Assembly (NCBI GenBank): GCA_013265495.1
Contig: MU057809.1
Span: 1,665,062-1,729,061, forward strand
Direction of reading: 5' to 3'
Source: Vicugna vicugna
Taxonomy: Eukaryota
DNA: 64,000 bases
Below are positions 12,886 through 25,885 of the stretch, one piece after another. Each line of letters begins with the position of its first letter. Position 1 is the stretch's first letter. A model generated the notes under the pieces. That model made no database searches. It saw only the letters and a list, made by a program, of their open reading frames with translations, and was not told the DNA's origin. Position numbers and translations under genes: made by a program.

Positions 12886-13595
12886 GTGTTGTATAAGAAC
12901 GAATTTGGTCGACCTGTGTCTCTGCTTCCTGGGAAGCGGCTTCTAAACCCTTTGAATCTCCCAAGTGATGGGAGCGTCTGTTGTTCATGCGGGCACCTTA
13001 GACCACACCTGAGTTAATGCTGACAAGACGGTGCAGGATGGGGGCCAGCCACCCCAGGAAGACCAGTCATGTGATTAGAGGGCTGGGGCCCTGAGCCAGG
13101 TGACATCAGCCTGACCTCCGGGAAGGACAGGGAGCTGGAGACTGAGTTAAGTCATGTGACCAGTGATTCAAACAATAACGTCTCTGTAATGAAACCTCAG
13201 TAAAAACCCTGACCACTGGAGATCACTGCCCTGGTGTTTGGTGGTCAGGCCCCTCTGTTCAGGGAGACTGAAGTATCTGAGGACATGGACGCTTGCCTTT
13301 GGGGTTTTCCCAGCCCTCACTCTGTGGGTCTCTCCTCTTGGCTGGTCCTAATTTCTGTCCTTTATTTAAAAAAAAACAGTTAATAGTCTGAACAGCATGT
13401 TCCTGAGTAATCAGCAGCATTCCAGTGAATTCTCAAACCTGACGGACCAGTGTGGGGCCCTGAATCTGCAGCCAGATGGTCAGAAGTGCAGGCGTCCTGG
13501 GGACTTCTGAGCTTGCAGTGCCTGAAGTGAGGACGGCCTTCACTTGTGAAATCTGACCCAGCGCTGGGCAGCTGGCGTCAAAATTGCGTCATAAC
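12886..13595 (+). mobile_element. MER21-like ERVL LTR
   Basis: agaccacacctgagttaatgctga, gaagaccagtcatgtgattagagggctgggg and gtaatgaaacctcagtaaaaaccctg resemble recalled MER21 blocks. Confidence 0.75.
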
Positions 13596-14638
13596 GTGTC
13601 TCCTCCTCATACCGTGGCTAAGAGGATACAAATTGGATGAGAACTTTCCATTTTCAGGTGGAGAAATCACTTTTTAGGGTGTGACTAATTCATTACTCGG
13701 GGACCCAGCTCTTCCCCTTCGAAAATCTTCTGCCCTTGTGTTTTGTTTTCTGGTTTTGACTAAAGACGAGGTTACGACTGGAAAATTGTTGTCTGGGGAT
13801 TGAAAACCAGGCTCCAGTGAACAGAGAGCCCCAGACCTGAAAGTCCTGTCTGTGTTTCTCTCTTAAGAGGAGACGGGCAGTCAGGTCAGAGGCCACGTTC
13901 ATAAAGAATCCCAACCTCCCTCCACACTTTGTGCTCCTTAATGGCTCTGCTTAAACACTTCCATAGGAGCCAACAAATTAATGGCTCATGGGACCCTTCA
14001 AAGCCTTGTAAGTAGCAAAGAAATGGAAAAGAAGACCCAATTTGTTTTATTCAGAGTTATTGGGATCAAGCTGGATTTGGTTTCTTTTGTTTACTCATTT
14101 GTTTCCAAAAATAAATTTCGGAAGGACAGACCATTAAGGAGAAAAGATACCCCAGTGTGCTGGAGACCATCTGAGAGCCAGGTGAGCAGGCAATAAGACA
14201 TAGAACTGATTGTGGTGGAGGGTTCTTCTAACACCAAGGACAATCGCAGTAGACAGCAGCGCAAACCGTGGGCCGGTGATCACGCCTCACCCCCAGCCCA
14301 CCTCGGTTCTCCGGGGCGGAAGCCCCATCAGGTAGACATGGAAGAGAAGTGCACTCCCTGTGTTTGGAACCTGGAAGTCAGGGTCCTTTTGGAATATTCT
14401 TTTCAGTTATGTGACAAATATGTATTGAGCTTGAATTGTGCCAAAACTCTGAATCAGTTTTGCTAGAAGCCTTTTCTCGGGGCCTCAGATAGCCCACAGC
14501 CTCCACGCAGAAGGGCCAGTGAGGGCCCGAGCACTTCGAGGTCCTACAGACCTGGACCAGAGTCATCCGTCTTCACACACGCCGATCATCTGACCTTAGA
14601 CAACCTCGTTCGTAAAAATACAAAAACTAGTAACTACT

Positions 14639-15048
14639 TGTAGTGGGTTAAATGGTGTCTGCCCTAAACTCATGTCTGCTGGAGCCTCAGAATGTGGACT
14701 TTTGGGAAATAGATTCTTTGCAGATGTAGTAGTCAAGCATCTTGAGATTATCCTGGGTTTAGGGTGGGCCTTCAGTCCAGTGATAGGCGTCCTTATTCAG
14801 AGAGACCCACGCTGGGCAAGGCCACATGGAGATGGAGGCAGAGACTGGAGCGATGAGCCTACAAGCCAGGAATGCCGAGGGCTGCCGGCAACCACCGGGA
14901 GCTGGGGAGGGGCACAGAGCAGACTCTCCCTCGGAGCCTCCAGAAGCAACCAGCCCTGCCCATCGCCTTGACCAGCAATGTGAGAGACAGTATTTCTGTT
15001 GTTTGAAGCCACTCGGTCATTTGATACAGCCGCCCGGGAAACTGGCAC
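14639..15048 (+). mobile_element. MLT1 (MLT1C-like) MaLR LTR
   Basis: tgtagtgggttaaatggtg...cctcagaatgtg...ctttgcagatgta...ggaggcagagactggagcgatg...agccaggaatgcc. Confidence 0.85.
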
Positions 15049-15635
15049 AGCGCTTTAGAGAGAGTTACGGCACAGTAAGTCGAGAGATGGGTACAGGAGT
15101 CTGATCAACGCACACACTCAACCAGTGCTAGTTCTTCTCACCACTCTAGGCGGTTTCAGTCGGTGGCACCGGCGCTGTGGCTTGGCGTTCAGCTTCGCCT
15201 GTCAGCTTCCTGATTATTCATTGAAACGGGCCCTAGTGCAGCTTTAACGCAGCGCCCTGGTCTGGGTTTCCACTTCGGAGTCTTTTGCTTAGTTTCGTAT
15301 GTGTGGCAGACATTGTGCGTGTCCCGCCCACATGCCCTTGGCATTCCTCGTTCCTGTACTCGCTGACCCACTGCTGGCTTGGAACTGCAGGAGCTACAGC
15401 TCTCTCTGGCCGCTGGCACCTGCTTGGTTCATATGTGGGACAGAGAGTGGAAGCTCCTAGGAGTACCCTTCACCCATGACGGGTGAGACGGGGGTAAACC
15501 CCTCAGTTTTGCATCCGCCAGCTGGGACGGTGCTGGAGTGGGGTCCACACCATGTCCCGCTGTCCCTGCAGGACTGAGCCCCAGTTGCCCACAGTAGCAA
15601 GCTGCTGGGCGCCATGCATGGTTTGGCTTTTTTCC

Positions 15636-16130
15636 TGTATTGGTTTCCTGTGGTTTCCATAATGAATGACCATAGACTTGGTGACTTCAAACAACAGACA
15701 CTGTTTTATCACGGTTCTGGAGGCCAGAAGCCTGAAATCTGTGTGATGGGGCTGAAATCAAGTGTCAGTGGGGCTGCAGTCCGTCCACAGGCTCTAAAGG
15801 AGAGTCACTCCTTGCCGCTTCTGGTCTCTGGTGGCTGTCAGAAATCCTTGGCATTTTCTGGCTTATGACCTCATCACCCCAGTCTCTGCCTCCATCTCCT
15901 CGAGGCCTCCTCTTCCACGGTCAGCTCTCGCTCGGCCTCCCTCGTATAAGGGTACACGTGATTATATTCAGGGCCCACCCAGATGATCCAGGATAGTCTC
16001 CTTACTTCAAGACCCTTCACTTAACCACATCTGCCACGTCTCTTTCCGCTGTATAAGGTCACAGCCCCAGGTTGCAGGGCTTAGGACTTGCAGATCTTGT
16101 CGGGGGCAAAGGCGTTATTCAGCCTCCCAC
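15636..16130 (-). mobile_element. MLT1 MaLR LTR
   Basis: tgtattggtttcctgtgg...cacggttctggaggccagaagcctgaaatc...gggcccacccagatgatccaggat. Confidence 0.85.
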
Positions 16131-16734
16131 CTACCCCCTCCCCTTCCGGGAATCACCTTCCCAGCAAATTAGTCACACTCACCTCCTTGTCTCAGGGTGA
16201 GGGCCTCACTTCTGACAGTGTCATTTCACAAGGAATGAGATTCATTCTTTTAAGGAATCATCTACTAATGTTGTCCTCACATCTCACTAACAATTACACC
16301 AACTGAGTCTGAGCACGGCCTTTCCATTCTTTGAGGGCTGTTTATTAACTCACAGCCGTCATTCCAAGGTGGAAGGAGTGACTGACTGGAATCGGTTTTT
16401 AGACAATAATAATTCAAGAAAAAATCCGGGAGAAGTCTTATGGGGGGCTCTCAGCTCCACCTGAAACCTTCCTCAGCCTCACTCTCCGTGGTTTACATTT
16501 CTAATTTCATATATCCAGTGGGAGAGAAGTTTGGGTGGGAGGGCCACTGGCCGGAGAGCGCCCAAGCTCTTGCAGCTGAGGCTTGCCGCTGGCAGGGGGC
16601 TGTGGGGGTCAGCTTGCCGCTGGCAGGGGGCTGTGGAGGGCAAGAAGCGGGAGAGCTGAGCTCTTCCTGGCAGGTCCCTTTGGGTGGGGAGAGTGAACAC
16701 CCCTGGTTCCCCAAGACTGCCTCCTCTTCACCAG

Positions 16735-17237
16735 TGTGAGAGGGAAGAACAAATCTGACTCCATATTGGACCTGCTCCTCTGGCTCTAGCCCCGGGCTCT
16801 GTCTGCTGTGCTGAGTCCTGCTGGGTCTGCACCTTTTGTGAAAGAATGTTGCCTGGAGCCTGAAAGAGACAGGAGAGCCCATTCTCAAGGCTCTCACCTT
16901 GAGGGTATAAACTTTTCCATTTAAAAAGAGATTAAAAATTGCAGAACAGAGAATAACATTGTCTTGGAGGTTTACAGGAACATCGTGGCTTGACCTATGT
17001 GGACAGCAGCAAGAACAAAGGATTCTGACACCAAGAAGTTTGCAACCACACCCCTCCCCTTTTTAGTATAAAAGGAGCCTGAATGCTGACTTGGGGAAGG
17101 TGGTTCTCTAGGACATTGTTCCCCCATCTTCTCAGTCTGCCGGCTTTCTGAATAAAGTCATTATCCCTTGCACCAACACCTCATCTCCTGATTTATTGGC
17201 CTGTTGTGCGGCCAGCAGGAGTTTGGACTCTGCTACA
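16735..17237 (+). mobile_element. MER41-like ERV1 solo LTR (copy 1)
   Basis: TG...CA termini, TATA (gtataaaagg ~17067), AATAAA (~17151), 4-bp flanks ccag/ccaa; aligns over its full length to 29590-30096. Confidence 0.85.
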
Positions 17238-17756
17238 CCAAGGCTGAGACCGTGACCCCATGGTTGATGTTGTCAACTTTGACTGGAGGGGTTGAAAGTC
17301 ACTGCACTGTTCGGAGATCTTTGATTGTTCACTCAGTTGCTCCATTCATTCTTTCTTTCCTTCATCTCCTCTTCTGTGAGCAAGAATCTATCAAGTGCCA
17401 TGCCAGGCCAGGCAGGGGAAGGGCTCCTTTCAACCAGGAGGAGGGAGGTTCAGGGAAGGCTCTCTGGCGGAAGTGATGGAGCTCCAGGAAGAGACACGGT
17501 GACTGGGGGCCAGAGATGGAGTTAGGCAGGGTCCCACTCTGGCCCCCTGCTGGGGAGTCCATACTGATTCAACACACAGTGGAAAGCCACCGAAGGCTGG
17601 GGGAATGTCACCACCTGATAGGTGTTTTAAGAACATTGCTCACTCTGGCTGCCATGTGCAGAAAGCACCAGAAGGGGGGAGGCCAGGTTTAGCTCCCTGG
17701 ACATCTGGACAAGACAAGACGGTGGCTGGATGGAGAGCCTTGGGCTTCACGCTTCT

Positions 17757-18125
17757 TTATGGTCTGAACTGTGTCCCCTGCAAATTCACGTTGAAGTTCT
17801 AACCCCATAGGACCTCAGCACATGACTCTACTTGGAGAATGGGTCTGTAAAGAGGTAACTGAGGTAAAATGAGGGTGTAAGGGTGGGCCCTAATCTATGA
17901 CTGTATCCTGATAGGAAGAGGTGATTAGGACCCAGACGTGCCCAGAGGGCTGACCACGTGAAGACACACGGCTAAGACAGTTGTCTGTAAGCCGAAGAGT
18001 GAGGCTCCAAGAGAAATCAACCCTGTGGACAACTTGATCTTGGACTTTCAGGCTCCAGAACCGTGAGAAAATGAATTTCTGTCACTTAGCCGCCCGGCCT
18101 GAGGGGCTTTGCCAAGGCCACTCCC
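17757..18125 (+). mobile_element. MLT1A0-like MaLR LTR
   Basis: tatggtctgaactgtgtcccc...gggtgggccctaatc...cttgatcttggactttcaggctccagaaccgtgaga. Confidence 0.85.
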
Positions 18126-19018
18126 GCAAATAATGCGCCGTGCCAGCTGAAGCTGGCCAGCCCACACGGTGCGGGCCCTCTGCTCTCCCCACACGCCCTG
18201 CCTTCTGTCTGTGCACTGCTGTCCCTCGGGTCAAGGGCCGTATTTCCCATGGTTCACCTACTCGGCCGCAGACAAATGCCGTCCTCTGCAAAGCCTGCTG
18301 GCCTCCTGTCCTCCGCAGCCTGTATCCCAGAGTTCCTACACACGGTCGTTTATTTCCAGATAACTCACTCAGAAATTCTGAGCTGGCCCTTCCGTGGCCC
18401 CAAGTCCTCCACGCACTTACAGCAATTCCCCAGCAAACGGATGTCCCTTCTACACAATCGAGACAGACCAAATTAGCGTTTAGCAGAGAAAGGGGCTGTT
18501 GCTTCTTTCTCTTTTTCTTTTTGCAAATCGTATAACTCTAAACTACCTCCAATTTCCTAAATGGAATCTGGCTCGAGATTCACTCTGGGATGGAGCAGTC
18601 TGTAATGAGATTACATTATGTTTGGGGGAAAACATTCAAATGACCAAGAGAATTAATTTTGCATCCCAACCGATAGCAAGATCCAAAGCCGTAAGTCAGA
18701 GCCTGCAACCTGCCGGTGCCCCTGGGGATGATAACGTTTCTTTCCAAATACAGCGACACGGACAGTTCCGGGGACCCATGAAATGTGGAGGTTTTAAAGC
18801 TGGAGCCGTTGGGTTCTTTCCTTTCCGGCGACAATGCTCATCTTTTCTCAGTAGCTGTCATTTACCGTGGCTGTCTCCCGGGCTTGGGAAGATGAAAGAA
18901 ATCCCCAGACCCAAAGGAGCTTCCTGGATGGGTTTCGCTGGAAGGAATCTTTTGAGAATCGATTTAAAGCATTTAAAATGTTTGGTGCTGTTTTGAAGGC
19001 TCAGCTTATGGTAGGGTG

Positions 19019-19072
19019 GAGTGTGTGCATGTGTGTGTATGTGTGTATGTGCGTGTGTGTGCATGCACACAT
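19019..19072. repeat. Imperfect (TG)n microsatellite
   Basis: gtgtgtgcatgtgtgtgtatgtgtgtatgtgcgtgtgtgtgcatgc. Confidence 0.85.
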
Positions 19073-19414
19073 GCAATCTCATCTTTTAAAAGGAAAGAAT
19101 AAGATTAAACCCTCTTTGGTTCTTTGAATCCTCTTCGCCAGGTGGTTTTATTTGTATGATATTAGACTTGTCTGAACATCTGGGAAGGATCTGAGTTGGC
19201 AGCAATTTTCTGATTCTGATTCATTGTTAAAATCAGCTCAGAAATAGCCAGGAGTTGGCAGGCTGCCCACCTCCATCCTTGTATGTCTTGGCTGCATCTA
19301 ATTCGAACAAGGTCTAAGAATGTGTGTGAGGTGGGAGCCAGAGAACCTCCATTTTGGGGGTGTAAGAGCTGCTTCTCACTACCTGCATGGTCTCAAAAGT
19401 GAACTCCTGTACTT

Positions 19415-19863
19415 GTTTGTCAATGTTCATAGCCACACTGTTCACAAGAGCCAAGACATGGGAACAACCAAAATGTCCATCAGTGGTTGAGCAGATATGC
19501 AAATTGTGGTATATCCATACAGTGGAATATTACTCAGCCATAAAAGGAAGGAGATGTTGAAAATATGATGCTGAGAGAAGCCAGACACAAACAGTCACAT
19601 GTCTTACAGTTCCTTTTATATAAAATGTTCGGGGTAAGTAAATCCACAGAGACAGAAAGCAGATTGGTGCGTGCCTGGGGCTGGGGAGAGAGACAAGTGG
19701 GGAGTGACAGCCTAATGGGCCTGGGGTTTCTTCTGGGGTGATGCAAATGTCTTGGAACTAGACAGAGGTGATGGTTGCACAATACTGTGAATGTGTTAAA
19801 TGCCAATGAATCATTCATTTTAAAATGATTAAGTTATGTGAATTTCACCTCGATTTTAAAAAA
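19415..19863 (+). mobile_element. L1MB 3' end
   Basis: aacaaccaaaatgtccatc...ggaatattactcagccataaaagg...gtgatggttgcacaatactgtgaatgtg...aatttcacctcgattttaaaaa. Confidence 0.85.
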
Positions 19864-20034
19864 CGTTCCTCCCGTCTCTGTATTCCACCAGATCTTGGGG
19901 GCTTCCTCTGGGAAAATTAGGATGTTGGACCAGAAAGAGAGATTTCAAACTTGCAGGTGGTAGACCACATTTGGCGAGTTGGTGATTAACCGAGCAGACA
20001 CAATGGTTTACAAAATTCCAAACCTCACTTTTCT

Positions 20035-20375
20035 TCGTGGTAGTTGCTTTCTAAGGGTGAGCCTCCCTCCTCCCTGCGGTGAGCCATGCCTCCTGGGCTT
20101 CGTGTTCTGCAAAGCCCCCCTCACGCCAAATCCGAGCTGGCCCCGTGATTGGCTCTGACTAGCAGATGCCACAGACGAGACATGATGTAGCCTCCACAGC
20201 TGGACCTTGAGACACCTGCAGTTTCCACGGGTGGGATATGCCCTCTCAGAACCCAGACGCCACGTCGTGAGAAAGCCCGAGCTGCGTGAGGAGCCACACC
20301 GAGGGCGGGGAGCAGCGGCCGCCAGCCACGTGCGCGAGCGGTCCTGGCACTGCAGCCCCAGCGGGCCCTGGGGGA
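20035..20375 (+). mobile_element. Diverged MLT1 LTR fragment
   Basis: gccctctcagaacccagacgccacgtcgtgagaaagcccgag...gccagccacgtgcgcgagc resembles MLT1F-H. Confidence 0.55.
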
Positions 20376-20419
20376 CAGCTCTAGCTGGCCTCCCGTGGAG
20401 CTTTTGGAAAGGCGTAGCT

Positions 20420-20833
20420 ATAGATACGGTGTTTATATCACATGTCTATGTATCTATGTCTGAATCTGTATCTGTCTATATAAACATGTAGATGTAATCG
20501 TCTGTCTGTCTGTCTGTCCATCTAACGATTCTTTAATTGGCTTACACAAGCCCAGAATCTGCAGGGAAGAGTAGACGACGCCCTCCAGCCCTGAGGCAGT
20601 CGGCTGGCAGAATTTCTTCTTTCTTCCAGGATGTCCATCTTTTCTCTTATGGCCTTCAGCTGATTGAATGAGGCCCACCGACATTATGGAGGATAATCTG
20701 CTTTATTTAAAGTCTACTGATTTAAATACTAATCTCATCTAGAAAAGTACCCTGTCAACATCTGGACTGGTGTTTGACCACATGTGTGGGTAACGTGGCC
20801 CAGCGAGGTTGGCAAGGACAGTTAACCCTCACA
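20420..20833 (-). mobile_element. MLT2 (ERVL) LTR
   Basis: ggccttcagctgattgaatgaggcccacc.acattatggaggataatctgctttatttaaagtctactgatttaaa...agttaaccctcaca. Confidence 0.85.
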
Positions 20834-22389
20834 GGGGCAGTGAACTGACCATGAGTGACCCCTCACTGGCAGACAGTCTCCCAAATTACATTCCTGTTCG
20901 TGCTCTGCCCAGATGCCCTTGGATCTGTTTCCTGTTTCCAGGCAGCTCTGCCTGCTGCTGCCCCTGCCCTCAGAGCTGCCCTGCCTGACGCACAGGGGCT
21001 GGAGCACCTGGGGTTTCTGTTCCCTGGAGTGGCCCTTGGCCAGGACCCAAGGGGATAAGAGCCAGAAGCCCAGCCCCCCCTCAGGCTGAGGCATCTTGGA
21101 GGCCTGACTCACTCTCTGCGATCCTCATGGGGTCGGGCAGAGGCCACCCTCCGTGGCGTGGAGCTTCCCCCAAGCCTCGGCCTTGCTGGATTCCTTCGCC
21201 TTCTCCCTGCCGGCTCCCCACTCACCCTACTCCCTCCCTCCCCAGTTTCTCCTGCAAGCACTCAAATCCTCATCTCCGAATGGGCTTCTGGGAATCCCAA
21301 CCTGAGACAGACTCAGCTGCGAGAGCGGGGCTGGGCGTGTTGCAGTCACCCGCAATCACTGGAAGAAACACCGAGCACCTGCTAGGTGCAGAGCATTATT
21401 TCTCGGTCTTGGAGATAGGGCGCCGGCGCAGGCAGTCAGCACCCTCTGCTTGTGGGCTGACACCCTCACGTTCGGCCCAGCAGGGAGGCGTTCCGAGGCC
21501 GGGTGGACTGTGTGTATCTGTACTGCTCCCCTGGTCCGAGCCTTGTCATTGTCAGACCAGCCACACCCCACGAGGCCTTGGCAGGCACCCGAGAATGTGG
21601 CCCCGGGCTTCTATTTGGTTTGTGCTGTTTCCCCGCGGCCTCTGGTTTCTTGCTCTTACAAGCAGAAATCAAGTGCACGTTCCGTGCAGCTGCCAGCGCC
21701 AGGCGGGTCTCATCCCTTATGCCGCCTCACTGAGCCACAGGTGCTGTGCCCCCCCTCACCCCTGCGGAGGGCCCCACCCTCGGCCTCCGGGCTCACCCAC
21801 GGCTCTCCTCTCCTCCTCACCCCTGCTTCCCGTAGCCCCCACCCCAATCATGCCAATCAAACAGCGAATAAACTCCCCAACCTAAGCCAGGCGTTCCTCC
21901 CCCATCAGAGGCCCTGCGCGCCCCAGACCACCTCGCGCTGTGATCACCGCAGACGCACATGAAGGTGCGTTGGTGTTTGGTGGCAGATATGGAAATTCAA
22001 CAAAAGGCAAGTTAATTAAAACAGAACATGCTGTTGCCTGGGGCAGCAAAATGTAACTGCTTCTTACTGACTGAATGTTAAGAAACAATGGGGAGGGTAA
22101 TGTTCTCTCTCTCCCCCCTTGGGTCTTGGAGTCCGTTTGGCAAAGGCTGGGCGTGAGTCTGCCGGCCGGGGATGGATGGCTCCAGACTGGGATGCGCGTG
22201 TGGACATGTATGTGGTTGGCCCTGGGCGCGGGGCGACCGAGGAAGAAAACCCACAGGCTGTGAGCTGCTGGGCGGGGCGCACGTCCTGCCCTGTGCGGGC
22301 CTGGGATCCCAGTGCAGAAGCAGCCCCTGGCCCTGACCGAGGGCGTCTGCTACCCACTGCTGTTATACTGCCGCGAGACAAAGCATCCT

Positions 22390-22745
22390 GTGACGCGCTG
22401 AATAATGTCCCCCACATCCATATATTGGAGTCCTAACCCCCAGGGCCTCCGAATATATTTGGAGATGGGGTCTTTAAAGAGGTGGTTAAGGTAAAAATGA
22501 GCCATGGGAGGACCCTAATTCCACAGGACCAGTGTCTTTAGAAGGAGAGGAGATTAGGACAGGGCGCGCACACAGGAAAGACCCCGTGAGGACCCCAGGA
22601 GAGGACGGCCGCCTGCAATCCAAGGAGGGAGACCTCGGAGGAAACCAACCCTGCGGACACCTTGATCTTGGACTCCCAGCCTCTGGAATTGTGGGAAAGT
22701 AAACTGTTGTCTAAGGCGCCCAGTCTGACCATTTATTATAGCTCG
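22390..22745 (+). mobile_element. MLT1A0/B-like MaLR LTR
   Basis: ctgaataatgtccccc...gtctttaaagaggtggttaaggtaaaatgag...caccttgatcttggactcccagcctc. Confidence 0.85.
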
Positions 22746-22749
22746 GGGC

Positions 22750-23190
22750 TTGCAGGTGGGCTGGGTAGTTCTGCTGAGCCTAGCTGAGCTCACCTGTGTC
22801 AGGGCTGGCTGGCTGTGGGTCCACCGTGGCTCATCTGGGAGCGGCAGTGTGGCTGGCCACACAGTGGTCTCTGGTGCTCCAGCAGGGAGACTGGGCTGGT
22901 AGTCATGGTGANNNNNNNNNNNNNNNNNNNNNNGGGGAGGGAGGGGGAGGGGAGGGGGGAGAGAGAGAACTAGCCTGCAGGCAGGTCACTTGAAGCCCAG
23001 ACTCCTGACTCGCACTCGACCACTTCTGCCACATCCCATTGGCCAGAGCAAATCACGTGACCAGCCCTGCTTCTGGGGGTGGGAACTAGACCCCACTTCT
23101 TGATGGGAGATGCCATGGAGCTGAGGGACAAAGCGGGTGGGTTTCGGGGTGGGGGGTGGAGAAATGGAGTCATTTTTGCAATCAACCTGG
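22750..23190 (-). mobile_element. Old MLT1 LTR spanning an assembly gap
   Basis: cacttctgccacatcccattggccagagcaaatcacgtgaccagccc...agaccccacttcttgatgggag. Confidence 0.7.
22912..22933. other. Assembly gap (22 N)
   Basis: Run of N next to a G-rich tract. Confidence 0.99.
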
Positions 23191-25649
23191 AGGATTATTA
23201 AGCATTTTCGTTCTGAGTGTAAAAACCTGAACTTCAGGTCCGAGTGATTTGGAGGTGAAGAGGGATGGAAACTCAGAAATAAAGAGTTAGGGGGTCCTGC
23301 CAAGCAGCTCTCAGAGATGAAGATGAGGTTCCCTGACATCAAGTCCAATGGAAAAATCAGAATCTAGCCACAGCGTTTTGAGAGACGTGGTTTCCAAAGT
23401 TTAGGCTGTTCCCCAGGAGATCTGCACATATTAGATGTAAAGCGGGTGGGACTCTCTGGTCTGAGTCCGACAGAAAAACCTTGATCTTGGCTGCGAGAGC
23501 CAGGATTTTTGTCCCTCGCTGAAATGTCACTTCCTCGGAAAGCCTCTGTCTGGATCCCCAGCCTTAGGCGGTGTCCCTGCTGTGGTTGCCCAGAGACTCC
23601 TAGCTTTTCCCCGTAGCACTGCCCTCCCTGGGCACCGTGGGTGGCCCTGTAACCCCACGGGGGCAAGGACCTCGCCTGGCTTGCTTTCCCAGCTCGTGAC
23701 AAGCCCACTGAAAAGATCTGCTGGGTGGCTCCCCGCCCCTCTCCCCAAGGCACAGAGCTCTCCTGCTTTCTGGGAAGAAATGGTGAATAACCTTGTGGAG
23801 AAAGTACAAAGTCCTTCCTTGGCAGCCCCATCCCTTTCGGGCGGCTTTGGAAATAAGCGGAGATTTATTTACAAGGAAATAAAAAAGGTTTGCATTTCTA
23901 ATGGGCTAGGAACCATTAAGTTGATGCCATCCCCAGCCTGCCTGCCAGGGATGTGAGGGAGACAGATGGTAAAACTGTGACCAGCTTTTGCTATGAAAAC
24001 AAACGGCACCCCCACCAGGTCTGCCGTGGCACCAATGGACCTGCTCCCTGGGGCCTCCTAAAGCTAACAATGGTTTGGTTTACAGCTCTGTTTGAACCTG
24101 GCTTTGTCCGGCAAGATGTTTCTCAACAGCTCAGAAATATGTGAGCACATTCTTTGAACACGTGTAATTTAGTTCCAATTGCCACTTGCTGGTGGCACAC
24201 TGCGAGTGAAAATAAACAAGGTTCATGCTTATTTTCAAGCACGTTGCAATAGGAGCAAAATTAACTTTGGTAAATAAGACCCTCTGAAAAGAGAGTGGGG
24301 TTGGGAGAAGCTGCTCGGTCCCCTGAAGCCCCAGCAATCGAGACAGGAATAGCAACGTGCCGGGCGAGGCGCTGCAGGCGGGCGTGGGGAGCGCAGGGAG
24401 TCAGACACAGTGCGACGCAATTTATTCCACTCTAGCATCTTTCACATGGAAGTTTAACAAAACAAGCCACAGCTAATTACTGACTTCCTATGCAAATACA
24501 AGCAGGGTACGCAAGGCGCAATTCATCAAATGGATGGAACCAGAAGACATCATAGGACAATCGCCAACACGGGGAAGCCAGGCCAAGCTCCGTTCGGGCC
24601 GAGGAGAGGGTTGATGACACCATTAACCAGGAGCTGACAGGCCACCAGGGGAAGGATGACAGGGCCAGAGGGGTCTGGGTGTCATGGGAGGCTGAGCACA
24701 GACAGGACAAGGTGCCCTGGGGAGGACAGGGAATCAGGCCTCTGACACAGGAGACTGACCAGGAGGGAGGAAGCAGTGCCGGTCCTGTTTGGGGATGTGT
24801 GGCGCGCTGGGGCAATTTACGGGGAGGAGGTTCCGGTTGAAATTCTGACGTGGGTGGGAGGCCCTAAAGATCTGTGCTGGGCAGGTGGAACACTTGCGTC
24901 TGGCTGAAGATGGAGAGATGGATGGGTGCAGGTGTGCTAGGATGGGGGACCAGCAGTGGAGTCATTACTGGAAGAGATGTGGGGGGCTGGGTGGAAGGAT
25001 GCATCAGAGAGGCCCCTGGAGGTGGGGAGGTGGTGGATGGTCAGGGTTGGGGGACCTAGCTTTGTGAGAGGCAAGGAAGTCACACCCAGACCTGCTCCTC
25101 GTTTTCCAGAGATGAGAAGAGGGTTTAGGTGGGGGCATTGGAGTTGGCAACGTTTGAAGGACACATCAGGGGTGACATCACTTGGATCCTGAAGTCACCA
25201 AGTGCTGGATGAGGACAGCAAACGGGGCTTCACTGTTGAGGAAGGACTTTGAGTCTCTGGGAGGCAGACAACTTGGGGCTCAGAATGGGGGACTTGTTGG
25301 AAAGACAATTACAACGCTGTCCTGGGAATCCAGGTCTCCGATTCTAAACGCAGGGTTCTCAGGATGAAAACTGCTTCCAGCCTAAGCCTGGCACATGGAT
25401 CTGAAATGAACTCCTGAAAGCAAAAAATAGAAATGAATGTATAAATTACGTTGTACCCTAGTGTGTCCAGAGCACTCTGGACATAACGGAGGACGTCAGT
25501 CAAATCAGCTGTCAGCATCTTATAGATCAAAAAATTAAAAAGAAAGAAAGAGAACAAACCAAAACAGAAGCCCAATGAAACGGCTAATTTTTTTTTCACC
25601 TTCTGTTTTGGTGGGGTTTTTTTGGAAGCAGGAGATTACTGCTCTTCCC

Positions 25650-25885
25650 TTTTTTTCTTTTAATTGAAGCGTGATCAGTGACAATGTGTCAGTCTCTGGG
25701 GTGCAGCCCAATGCCCCAGTCATGCGTATGTACACATATATTTGTTTTCATACTCGTCTTCACTAAGGGTTATGCCAAGATATTGAACACAGTTCCCTGT
25801 GCTCTAAAAACACAAAAATTTGTGTTTTTAATCTATTTATATGTATATAAGGGCTATCATTTGCGAATCTCAAACTCCCAAATTG
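25650..25885 (-). mobile_element. Short camelid-type L1 3' UTR insertion
   Basis: T-tract then aattgaagcgtgatcagtgacaatgtgtc...gaatctcaaactccc, homologous to 7661-7900. Confidence 0.8.
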